NCBI GenBank assembly: GCA_032718475.1
Contig: JAUCBJ010001844.1
Span: forward strand, 1-32,427
Length of the DNA: 32,427 nucleotides
Origin: Nemertoderma westbladi
Taxonomy: Eukaryota; Animalia; Xenacoelomorpha
Direction of reading: 5' to 3'
The notes below the pieces were generated by a model that was not told the DNA's origin, searched no databases, and saw nothing but the letters and a program-made list of their open reading frames with translations. Shown here piece by piece: positions 12,716 to 24,200 of this stretch; position 1 is the stretch's first letter, and the number at the start of each line of letters is the position of its first letter. A program made the position numbers and the translations under genes.

Positions 12716-12965
12716 TTCGATATATGTAGTTGCGCCCTTCGAGCAGCACGTGAGATAATCAAATAATAGACACAATGTTTGACTTTGTCCCTTCGAGCAG
12801 CACGTGAGTTTTGCTTTGACCCTTCGATATATGTATTTGCGCCCTTCGAGCAGCACGTGAATTACATCAAATAATAGACACATTGTTTGACTTTGTCCCT
12901 TCGAGCAGCACGTGAGTTTTGCTTTGACCCTTCGATATATGTATTTGCGCCCTTCGAGCAGCACG
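12716..12965. repeat. ~107-108-bp tandem repeat (about 2.3 copies) built on a 19-bp motif CCCTTCGAGCAGCACGTGA recurring every 53-55 bp
   Basis: The motif starts at 12735, 12789, 12842, 12897 and 12950 (last copy ends differently). TTCGATATATGTA recurs at 12716, 12823 and 12931. Confidence 0.9.
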
Positions 12966-12980
12966 GGGAGTCGACTCAGA

Positions 12981-13565
12981 CCGAGCCAAGCCGAGCCGAG
13001 CCGAGCCGAGCCGAGCCGAGCCGAGCCGAGCCGAGCCGAGCCGAGCCGAGCCGAGCCGAGCCGAGCCGAGCCGAGCCGAGCCGAGCCGAGCCGAGCCGAG
13101 CCGAGCCGAGCCGAGCCGAGCCGAGCCGAGCCGAGCCGAGCCGAGCCGAGCCGAGCCGAGCCGAGCCGAGCCGAGCCGAGCCGAGCCGAGCCGAGCCGAG
13201 CCGAGCCGAGCCGAGCCGAGCCGAGCCGAGCCGAGCCGAGCCGAGCCGAGCCGAGCCGAGCCGAGCCGAGCCGAGCCGAGCCGAGCCGAGCCGAGCCGAG
13301 CCGAGCCGAGCCGAGCCGAGCCGAGCCGAGCCGAGCCGAGCCGAGCCGAGCCGAGCCGAGCCGAGCCGAGCCGAGCCGAGCCGAGCCGAGCCGAGCCGAG
13401 CCGAGCCGAGCCGAGCCGAGCCGAGCCGAGCCGACTGAGCCGAGCCGAACGAGCCGAGCCGAGCCGAGCCGAGCCGAGCCGAGCCGAGCCGAGCCGAGCC
13501 GAGCCGAGCCGAGCCGAGCCGAGCCGAGCCGAGCCGAGCCGAGCCGAGCCGAGCCGAGCCGAGCC
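12981..13565. repeat. (GAGCC)n pentanucleotide microsatellite, about 117 copies
   Basis: Directly visible. Uninterrupted from about 12991 to 13434, with a degenerate tail to about 13638. Confidence 0.98.
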
Positions 13566-13703
13566 TAATCGAGCCAAACCGAGCCGATCAAGCCAAGTCG
13601 AACTTAATCGTGCCCAATCGTGCAAGACCGAGCCGAGCTCGTTGTCTCTTTTATTTGAAATAAAAAGTCGGTTCCTTATCGGGCCGCTAGGCCCGTCACT
13701 AGT

Positions 13704-15209
13704 TAGGAACCGAGAGGTTCATTACTGTAAGAATTGTTGGCTGATTGACTGGCTGGCTGACTGGCTGGCTGCTGGCTGATCTACAGCCAAAACTACTCTA
13801 ACGATTTTGATGAAATTTTCACAGCATCTAGATACCGCGATTCTAAGGTCCCTGGTATGTTCCGCTATTTCGTCCATGAGCCGCTGGGCTCGAAAAATAG
13901 ACATAAACGAAAAAACGCCATAGGCGCAATGGTAAAATAACACCAATGACAGCTGGTGTCCTGATGAAAAATGGTTTATGTAATGCATTTCTACACAAGG
14001 CTTAGTAATAAATCGATGAGGTTGCCAAGATTATTATACTTAGTACACCCATACTGTTTGTTTAGGCCCTGCACTCTCTGTCAAAGCAAACATTGACTGG
14101 TGGTTGGTTTAGTTTGAAATCTATTATCGCCTCAGCTGAATTACTCTTCCCAATGCAATCTATGGGAATATCTCACTCTGCTAATGTAAGCTGAATGACG
14201 TTAAGTACACAGTGTGTTGGCTACATTAATGCCAACATTATTGCAAAATGTTTTATTGTTGGATTACTCTCTGTCAGTCTCCCCTTCAGAACATTGTATA
14301 GGGAATTTACTTTAGTTTACTCTACTGTGCCATTCAGCTGAATGGATTTGAGCGATTGCCAAGTTACAGAGTTGGATCATTCTCTGACCATAGGCAAAGA
14401 CATCAAATCTTTTTAAAAATATACTTTTTCCATGTTTTTTTTTCTGACCAAAAATTTCAAAAAAAATTTTTTCGTAGCCAGTACTGCCAATCGATTCGCC
14501 ATCAAAAATAACGCAAAAAATTTTTTTTGCAAAATTTTAAATTACTGTAAATTTTTGGCGACTGGGGGGGGTCAATTTTTTTCGATCCGCTATAACTCCG
14601 GAACGCTTTGTCCAAATTCGATGGGGTTTTCATTTTTCAACTTAATTCGATGTCCTCTTTCAGCCTATCCATGTTTCGAAACCCCAAACAGCGCCGTTCA
14701 AAAATTAATTTTTTCTAGTTCTAGAATTTTACAAATTTCAAAAAAGTTGCAGTATTTTATTAACGCCTTTACGGAATTCGATAGCGTTTTCGATTTTTAT
14801 ATTAAACGCAATATCCTGAATCTCACTAGCCTAGTTTCGCGTCACCAATGCCAAGACTTCATACTTTTTGAGGAAAATTTTTCTAGAATAATTTTTATTT
14901 AATTACATTTATCGCGATTTCTTATTACTGGTTGCACATGAATTGATGGAGTTTTCAATTTATTAACTAAACACGATATCGCGCATCGCACCAGCGTGGT
15001 TTCGAAATTCCAAAACGAGGTCTTCACTAGTTGCAGGTCGATTTTGTTCTAGAATTGAGCAACTAATAATAGATCGAATTTATTAATAATTATTGTATGA
15101 AATATGATTGTATTTTTACATAATTATTAGTTCTATACTAATTCTCGTTGTCTCTTTTATTTAAAATAAAAAGTCGGTTCCTTATCGGGCCGCTAGGCCC
15201 GTCACTAGT
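13704..15209 (+). mobile_element. HINE unit 10, subfamily A, full length
   Basis: A termini and interior; carries the B allele CAGCATCTAG in its core. Confidence 0.85.
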
Positions 15210-15418
15210 TAGGAACCGAGAGGTTCATTACTGTAAGAATTGCTCGTGGCTGACTGGCTGGCTGGCTGATCTACAGCCAAAACTACTCTAACGATTTTGA
15301 TGAAATTTTCACAGCGGCTAGATACCGCGATTCTAAGGTCCCTGGCATGATCGGCTACTCCGTCCATAGCCTCTGGGCTCGAAAAATAGACATAAACGAA
15401 AAAACGCCATAGGCGCAA
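15210..15418 (+). mobile_element. HINE unit 11, truncated; A 5' end with a B-type core patch
   Basis: AGGAACCGAGAGGTTC start and B alleles GGCATGATCGGCTACTCCG. Similarity stops after CATAGGCGCAA, where the putative LTR begins. Confidence 0.8.
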
Positions 15419-15419
15419 C

Positions 15420-15753
15420 TGTTGCGGGTCCTTACGCCCTCTTGCCTCTGATCCTACGGGCCAGTTTGGATATCCTTCGGCATGTCGTGTCCTCAAACAA
15501 TCCAACGAGATAAGCCTCAGATGCTTCACCACACCTCTAAAATATCGTAGAGGCCTTCAGTTAATGATTCGCTGGTTCCCAATATCGAAGCGGTGTTTCC
15601 GATCAGGATAGCTATCAGGATACGCTGTAGTAAACTGATTAGAATGTTGATATAAATTATTTGTAAATTATCAGGAGGTGCTGCTCAGGGTAATAAATTG
15701 TATGGAACGCCGTTAGCGACATTCCATGACGACTAACTACACTTGGTGTCAGA
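15420..15753 (+). mobile_element. Putative 5' LTR (15420-15741) with primer-binding site (15744-15753)
   Basis: Begins TG exactly where unit 11 breaks and ends CA. It contains TATAAA (15651) and AATAAA (15692). Two bases later comes TGGTGTCAGA, complementary to a tRNA 3' end (tRNA-Leu-like, from memory). No second LTR copy is seen in the window. Confidence 0.6.
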
Positions 15754-18700
15754 GTAAGTATTGATTTTTTCTTATTGGCTAGAGTAAGTAGCGATTTTTT
15801 CTTATTGGTCAAGAGTAAGTAGTGATTTTTTCTTATTGGCTAGAGTAAGTAGCGATTTTTTCTTATTGGTCAAGAGTAAGTAGTGATTTTTTCTTATTGG
15901 CTAGATAGTAAGTAGTGATTTTTTCTTATTGGTCAAGCAAGAGTAAGTAGCGATTTTTTTCTTATTGGTCAAGAGTAAGTAGTGATTTTTAGCTGCTAGC
16001 CAATAAGAAAAAATCACTACTTACTCTTCACCAATAAGAAAAAAACGCTACTTACTCTATGTACCCAATAAGAAAAAATCACTACTTTACTCTTGTTGAC
16101 CAATAAGAAAAAAAACGCTACTTACTCTAGCCAATAAGAACAAATCGCTAATTACTCTTGCTTGACCAATAGGAAAAAATCGCTACTTACTCTAGCCAAT
16201 AAGAAAAAATAACTATACTTAGTCTTGACCAATAAGAAAAAAATCGCTACTTTATCAAGCCAATAAGAAAAAATCGCTACTTACTCATGCTTGACCAATA
16301 AGAAAAAATCGCTACTTACTCTTGCTTGACCAATAAGAAAAAATCGCTACTTACTCTTGCTTGACCAATATTTAAAAATCGCTACTTACTCTAGCCAATA
16401 AGTAAAAATCACTACTTACTCTTGACCGATAAGAAAAAATCGCTACTTACTCTTGCTTGACCAATGAGAAAAAATCGCTACTTACTCTAGCCAATAAGAA
16501 AAAATCACTACTTACTCTTGACCAATAAGAAAAAAATCGCTACTTACTCATGCTTGACCAATATTTAAAAATCGCTACTTACTCTAGCCAATAAGTAAAA
16601 ATCACTACTTACTCTTGACCAATAAGAAAAAAATCGCTACTTACTCATGCTTGACCAATAAGAAAAAATCGCTACTTACTCTAGCCAATAAGAAAAAATC
16701 ACTACTTACTCTTGACCAATAAGAAAAAAATCGCTACTTACTCATGCTTGACCAATAAGAAAAAATCGCTACTTACTCTTGCTTGACCAATATTTAAAAA
16801 TCGCTACTTACTCTAGCCAATAAGTAAAAATCACTACTTACTCTTGACCAATAAGAAAAAAATCGCTACTTACTCATGCTTAACCAATAAGAAAAAATCG
16901 CTACTTACTCTTGCTTGACCAATATTTAAAAATCGCTACTTACTCTAGCCAATAAGTAAAAATCACTACTTACTCTTGACCAATAAGAAAAAAATCGCTA
17001 CTTACTCTTGCTTGACCAATAAGAAAAATCGCTACTTACTCTTGCTTGACCAATAAGAAAAATTCGCTACTTACTCTAGCTAATAAGAAAAAATCACTAC
17101 TTACTCTTGACCAATAAGAAAAAAATCGCTACTTACTCATGCTTGACCAATAAGAAAAAATCGCTACTTACTCTAGTCAATAAGAAAAAATCGCTACTTA
17201 CTCTAGCCAATAAGAAAAAATCACTTCTTTCGCTTGACCAATAAGAAAAAATCGCTACTTACTCTTGCTTGACCAATAAGAAAAAATCGCTACTTACTCT
17301 TGCTTGACCAATGAGAAAAAATCGCTACTTACTCTAGCCAATAAGAAAAAATCACTACTTTACTCTTGTTGACCAATAAGAAAAAAAACGCTACTTACTC
17401 TAGCCAATAAGAACAAATCGCTAATTACGATTGCTTGACCAATAGGAAAAAATCGCTACTTACTATAGCCAATAAGAAAAAATAACTATACTTAGTCTTG
17501 ACCAATAAGAAAAAAATCGCTACTTTATCAAGCCAATAAGAAAAAATCGCTACTTACTCATGCTTGACCAATAAGAAAAACTCGCTACTTACTCTTGCTT
17601 GACCAATAAGAAAAAATCGCTACTTACTCTTGCTTGACCAATATTTAAAAATCGCTACTTACTCTAGCCAATAAGTAAAAATCACTACTTACTCTTGACC
17701 AATAAGAAAAAAATCGCTGCTTACTCTTGCTTGACCAATAAGAAAAAATCGCTACTTACTCTTGCTTGACCAATATTTAAAAATCGCTACTTACTCTAGC
17801 CAATAAGTAAAAATCACTACTTACTCTTGACCAATAAGAAAAAAATCGCTACTTACTCATGCTTAACCAATAAGAAAAAATCGCTACTTACTCTTGCTTG
17901 ACCAATATTTAAAAATCGCTACTTACTCTAGCCAATAAGTAAAAATCACTACTTACTCTTGACCAATAAGAAAAAAATCGCTACTTACTCATGCTTGACC
18001 AATAAGAAAAATCGCTACTTACTCTTGCTTGACCAATAAGAAAAATTCGCTACTTACTCTAGCTAATAAGAAAAAATCACTACTTACTCTTGACCAATAA
18101 GAAAAAAATCGCTACTTACTCTAGTCAATAAGAAAAAATCGCTACTTACTCTTGCTTGACCAATAAGAAAAAATCGCTACTTACTCTAGCCAATAAGAAA
18201 AAATCACTACTTTACTCTTGTTGACCAATAAGAAAAAAAACGCTACTTACTCTAGCCAATAAGAACAAATCGCTAATTACTCTTGCTTGACCAATAGGAA
18301 AAAATCGCTACTTGCTCTAGCCAATAAGAAAAAATAACTATACTTAGTCTTGACCAATAAGAAAAAAATCGCTACTTTATCAAGCCAATAAGAAAAAATC
18401 GCTACTTACTCATGCTTGACCAATAAGAAAAACTCGCTACTTACTCTTGCTTGACCAATAAGAAAAAATCGCTACTTACTCTTGCTTGACCAATATTTAA
18501 AAATCGCTACTTACTCTAGCCAATAAGAAAAAATAACTACTTACTCTTGACCAATAAGAAAAAAATCGCTACTTACTCTTGCTTGACCAATAAGAAAAAA
18601 TCGCTACTTACTCTTGCTTGACCAATATTTAAAAATCGCTACTTACTCTAGCCAATAAGTAAAAATCACTACTTACTCTTGACCAATAAGAAAAAAATCG

Positions 18701-20780
18701 CTACTTACTCATGCTTAACCAATAAGAAAAAATCGCTACTTACTCTTGCTTGACCAATATTTAAAAATCGCTACTTACTCTAGCCAATAAGTAAAAATCA
18801 CTACTTACTCTTGACCAATAAGAAAAAAATCGCTACTTACTCTTGCTTGACCAATAAGAAAAATCGCTACTTACTCTTGCTTGACCAATAAGAAAAATTC
18901 GCTACTTACTCTAGCTAATAAGAAAAAATCACTACTTACTCTTGACCAATAAGAAAAAAATCGCTACTTACTCTAGTCAATAAGAAAAAATCGCTACTTA
19001 CTCTTGCTTGACCAATAAGAAAAAATCGCTACTTACTCTAGCCAATAAGAAAAAATCACTACTTTACTCTTGTTGACCAATAAGAAAAAAAACGCTACTT
19101 ACTCTAGCCAATAAGAACAAATCGCTAATTACTCTTGCTTGACCAATAGGAAAAAATCGCTACTTGCTCTAGCCAATAAGAAAAAATAACTATACTTAGT
19201 CTTGACCAATAAGAAAAAAATCGCTACTTTATCAAGCCAATAAGAAAAAATCGCTACTTACTCATGCTTGACCAATAAGAAAAACTCGCTACTTACTCTT
19301 GCTTGACCAATAAGAAAAAATCGCTACTTACTCTTGCTTGACCAATATTTAAAAATCGCTACTTACTCTAGCCAATAAGAAAAAATAACTACTTACTCTT
19401 GACCAATAAGAAAAAAATCGCTACTTACTCTTGCTTGACCAATAAGAAAAAATCGCTACTTACTCTTGCTTGACCAATATTTAAAAATCGCTACTTACTC
19501 TAGCCAATAAGTAAAAATCACTACTTACTCTTGACCAATAAGAAAAAAATCGCTACTTACTCATGCTTAACCAATAAGAAAAAATCGCTACTTACTCTTG
19601 CTTGACCAATATTTAAAAATCGCTACTTACTCTAGCCAATAAGTAAAAATCACTACTTACTCTTGACCAATAAGAAAAAAATCGCTACTTACTCATGCTT
19701 GACCAATAAGAAAAAATCGCTACTTACTCTAGCTAATAAGAAAAAATCACTACTTACTCTTGACCAATAAGAAAAAAATCGCTACTTACTCTAGTCAATA
19801 AGAAAAAATCGCTACTTACTCTTGCTTGACCAATAAGAAAAATTCGCTACTTACTCTAGCTAATAAGAAAAAATCACTACTTACTCTTGACCAATAAGAA
19901 AAAAATCGCTACTTACTCTAGTCAATAAGAAAAAATCGCTACTTACTCTTGCTTGACCAATAAGAAAAAATCGCTACTTACTCTAGCCAATAAGAAAAAA
20001 TCACTTCTTTCGCTTGACCAAAAAGAAAAAAATCGCTACTTACTCTTGCTTGACCAATATTTAAAAATCGCTACTTACTCTAGCCAATAAGTAAAAATCA
20101 CTACTTACTCTTGACCAATAAGAAAAAAATCGCTACTTACTCATGCTTAACCAATAAGAAAAAATCGCTACTTACTCTTGCTTGACCAATATTTAAAAAT
20201 CGCTACTTACTCTAGCCAATAAGTAAAAATCACTACTTACTCTTGACCAATAAGAAAAAAATCGCTACTTACTCATGCTTGACCAATAAGAAAAAATCGC
20301 TACTTACTCTTGCTTGACCAATATTTAAAAATCGCAACTTACTCTAGCCAATAAGTAAAAATCACTACTTACTCTTGGTCTTGACCAATAAGAAAAAAAT
20401 CGCTACTTACTCTTGCTTGACCAATAAGAAAAATCGCTACTTACTCTTGCTTGACCAATAAGAAAAATTCGCTACTTACTCTAGCTAATAAGAAAAAATC
20501 ACTACTTACTCTTGACCAATAAGAAAAAAATCGCTACTTACTCTAGTCAATAAGAAAAAATCGCTACTTACTCTTGCTTGACCAATAAGAAAAAATCGCT
20601 ACTTACTCTAGCCAATAAGAAAAAATCACTTCTTTCGCTTGACCAATAAGAAAAAAATCGCTACTTACTCTAGCCCATAAGAAAAAATCGCTACTTACTC
20701 TTGCTTGACCAATAAGAAAAAATCGCTACTTACTCTAGCCAATAAGAAAAAATCACTACTTACTCTTGACCAATAGGAAA
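15751..20780. repeat. Satellite of 30-35-bp monomers (CCAATAAGAAAAAATC[G/A]CTACTTACTCT[AG/TGA/TGCTTGA]), roughly 150-160 copies
   Basis: Directly visible. 15751-15990 is in reverse orientation (about 8 monomers) and 15996-20780 is forward. Rare variants recur with an 852-bp period. Confidence 0.97.
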
Positions 20781-20811
20781 TGGTTATTACCATTTACAAA
20801 ACATTACAAAA

Positions 20812-21070
20812 GCAGCAGCTTGGTCTAGTGGTGACATTTCTGTGCTTCCGATTAGGGAGCCTGGGTTCGATCCCTAGATGGGGCAGCACTGTTTGGGCAC
20901 AGTGCTTTAAATGCTGCAGCCTAGCCCAACCCCGGCTTTCATCCTTCAGTGGTCGATAAATGGGAACCAAGGCAACTTGGGAAACAGAGTGGAAGGGTTT
21001 ACTGTGGAAGATCACCCATGGTGGTGAACAGGCATTCCTTGGCTTAACGAGCCTAAAAGATTCTCCCATT
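20812..21070 (+). mobile_element. tRNA-derived SINE, 259 bp, 15-bp TSD
   Basis: Pol III A box TGGTCTAGTGG at 20821-20831 and B box GGTTCGATCCC at 20864-20874. Perfect TSD CAAAACATTACAAAA at 20797-20811 and 21071-21085. The central CTTTCATCCTTCAGTGGTCGATAAATG resembles a conserved metazoan SINE body motif (from memory). Confidence 0.88.
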
Positions 21071-21239
21071 CAAAACATTACAAAACTACTCTCGTGAAAA
21101 AATCGCCACTCTCGAACGGGACCATCTCAAGCAGTGAGTTGTCCCACGTATGATGGCGAAAGGTAATGCCTGTATGTTACACCGAGTATGAGAGTCAAAC
21201 CTCATACGATGAGGATAGTGGACCAGATACTGCCGATGT

Positions 21240-24200
21240 CTATTACCCAGCTTCATAAATAATCGACCTTTGGCCATCAAGAGAATCGAACAACTGCTCC
21301 GACGCTTATCATCAAATGATAAAGCTACAGACATGTACGTACAAGACCCAGCTGAAAAAGTTCATCGACAAGGGATACGCGGAGCGAGAGAAAGTATTAT
21401 CGAACTCACCACTATGTTCCCAAACCCAGTAAGCCCAATGAAGTCCGGGTGGTGTTCGACGGCTCTGCGCTGTACAAGGGACAATCCCTAAACTCTGATT
21501 TATTGCCGGGACCCAACTTACTTCAATCACTGTTGGGGATACTACTACGACTCCGGTAGTATTCCATCGCCTTAGCGTCTGAAAGCGTTACAACGAGACC
21601 GAGATAGCTTATGGTTCTTATGGTGGCCTGATGGTGACTTCAATGAAGAACCGGTAGAGTACTGGATGACTATCCAGGCCTTCGGCATTATCTTTAGTCC
21701 ATCCAACGCTTGCTCAGTAGTGCGTACTACTGCTGACGAAAATCGAGACGCCTTCCCCAAACCGGTCATCGATAACATTAAATGTGACATCTACATGGAC
21801 GACAACCTCAAGTCATTACCTATGGTGGAAGAAGCTATAGAGGTTGCCAAGGGAACGGTAGAGTGTCTTCAACGCGGTGGATTCCGGTTAACTAAATTCA
21901 CCAGCAACTCCCGTGAGTTTCTGGAGGCGATCCCAGAAAAGGAACGAGGTGCTAAAGATCTCGACCTCATTAAAGACGACCTCCTGGAAACTAAAACCCT
22001 CGGACTGAAGTGGGATACAGAGAGGGATATTTTGTTCTTCCAATTAGAAGAACGCGATGATCCTGTTCGAACCAAAAGGATCTGCTTGAGTATTCTAACC
22101 ACGTATTTCGATCCGTTGGGATTTATTAGTCCAGTAATCCTGGTTGCTCGGAGTCTAGTCCAGCAAATGTGGCTCGAAAACCACTCTTGGGATGACCCAC
22201 TCGAGGGAGAACTGTTGAAGAAGTGGAAGAAGTGAGAAAACTCTTTACCAGCTATAGAGGACTTTAAGATTTCTCGCTCATATTTCGGTCACGTTCTCCC
22301 CACTTATTCCTATCAACTCCACGTCTTTGGAGACGCCAGCGATATTGGAATAGGTATAGTAGCCTATTTGAGGGTCGAAACACCAGAAGGAATTAAAGTT
22401 TCCTTGGCCGCCTCAAAGGCTTTGATCAACAAGAAACTGCGGGTGCCTAGAGCGGAGTTAAATGCGGCATCATACGCTACCGTTATTGGTAGGAATATCA
22501 CCAAACAGAGAGAATACCCGTTGGAGAAAACTGTTTATTGGATGGATGCATTGCTCGTTCTAGAATATTTAACTAACAAAGTCTGCCAGTTCAGCGTCTT
22601 TGTAACTAACCGCGTAGCTGTTATACTTAGTCACACAAAGGTGGGCCAATGGAGACATTTCCCTGGGACTATTAATCCTGCCGACATCACCTCCAGAGGA
22701 GCTACACCCAAAGAACTGACAGATACGCCAGATTGGCTAGGTGGCCCTGATTTCCCGAGTAAAGAAGAGGAGGAATGGCCCCCCCATCTCACTACTGCGG
22801 AGATCAGACAAGCCAAGGGAGCGGAGACCGTTAAACCAAAGACTCGAATGACTAAATTCAAACTGTTCAAACCGACGCTCGAACTATCGGTCCTACACAC
22901 TGCCGATGACGACAATAAAGATACGCAGCCAACCCAAAACAGGACAGTGGCCTATATTCGGAGCCGAAATTGGAAGACTGGTATATCCGACTATCACCCA
23001 TTGTTCAGAGAGCGATGGCACATTATAGTTCTTGGAATATACTTTGTAAAGCGATAACTTATTTAAAACGGCTTTTCCATCACCACTATTCTAAGCCGAA
23101 GGAAACCAAGGACGCCATGGACGGGGAAGTCAGAAAGGTTAATGCCATCAAAGACCTTCCCACTTATCGGCTACCTACTAAGTTTCTTGCAGACAAGATC
23201 AGCTACCAGGAACATGATAATACCAACAAGCAACTGCAGAGACTTCTACAGTGCCATGAGGATCCTGAGAAGTATTTCCTGTTGACGAAAAATTCGCAGA
23301 TGCGCTTAAAGGATTCCTTGTCTGGCATGATGTTTGATGGGTTAATACGTGTTGGAGGGAGATTAACCAATGCGCCACTTTCCTTTGTCACCAAGTTTCC
23401 CATAATCATTAGAAATCTTGAAATACAAATCAAGATGATTGTAGATGTCCATAGCAAGCTTTATCATGCCGGTAGGGAACGAGTTCTTAGCGAAGTTAGA
23501 ACGCGCAATTATTTTTATAAACCGCGTAGAGTGCTAAATCAAGTTCTTAGGAACTGTATACCCTGTAGGAAAGCATTTAGTAGGCCTTTAACCCAGCGAT
23601 AGGCAGAATTACCTAGGGAAAGAGTAAGCTGTTATGAACCACCCTTTACTAATACCGGTGTGGATTTATTTGGCCCTATTGAAGTGTATCGCGCTAGAAC
23701 TATAGTCAAGCGATGGTGCGTTATATTTGTTTGTATGACTTGTAGAACGATTCATCTTGATATGGTGAATGATTTATCTACCAATAGTTTCATACTCAGT
23801 CTACGCTGACAAATCGCTCGTTTTGGGACTAGCATCACTATGCGATCGGATAAAGGTACAAAATTCATCGGAGCCAACAACGAGATTAAAGCTTACGTCA
23901 ATGACTGGACGATCAGCTGAAAGTGACAGCATCCAGCTGGACCTTCAACACCGCAGATGCTCCTTGGTGGGGAGGAAGTTGGGAGAGACTTATACGCAGT
24001 GTCAAGACCGCATTCCACTTTGTAGTGCCATGCCGCGCGTATCTCACTGACGAACTCTTACAAACTCTGATGGAGGAAATTGCCGCCTACCTGAACAAGA
24101 GACCGCTCATGCCAGTCTCTTCCAGCCCCGATTAAGTGGTTCGCGCAGCAGCAAAATGTCAGTTCCAGAGGTTTAATAGTCGATTCGGATCTACCCCACA

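Larger units (their letters stand above)
11892..13703 (+). mobile_element. HINE unit 9, A termini with a divergent interior
   Basis: A-type 5' end and core to about 12105, then a diverged interior, a ~107-bp repeat and (GAGCC)n. It rejoins the A 3' end (CTCGTTGTCTCTTTTATT...TCGGTTCCT) at about 13638. Confidence 0.8.
1..15418 (+). mobile_element. Head-to-tail tandem array of 11 non-autonomous Helentron-associated (HINE/DINE-1-like) elements, two subfamilies (A, B)
   Basis: Each unit reads: TT, 5' subterminal inverted repeat (subTIR) overlapping a mini-hairpin, (CTGG/CTGA)n microsatellite, shared core (GATCTACAGCCAAAACTACTCTAACGATTTTGATGAAATTTT...), interior, 3' subTIR complementary to the 5' one, GC-rich stem-loop, then CTAGTT. 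This matches the established HINE/DINE-1 layout with insertion at TT. Junctions read CTAG-TT-AG. Confidence 0.85.

Noticed and set aside
12735-12968. CRISPR array
   Set aside because: Spacers repeat in alternation, the repeat is only 19 bp, there are no cas genes and the context is eukaryotic. It is a dimeric tandem repeat.
12867-13625. Long ORFs (SARLG)n / (AEPSR)n
   Set aside because: These are translations of the stop-free (GAGCC)n microsatellite, open in several frames on both strands.
20812-20885. Functional tRNA gene
   Set aside because: A and B boxes are present, but no convincing cloverleaf could be built, and the segment is the head of a TSD-flanked 259-bp insertion.
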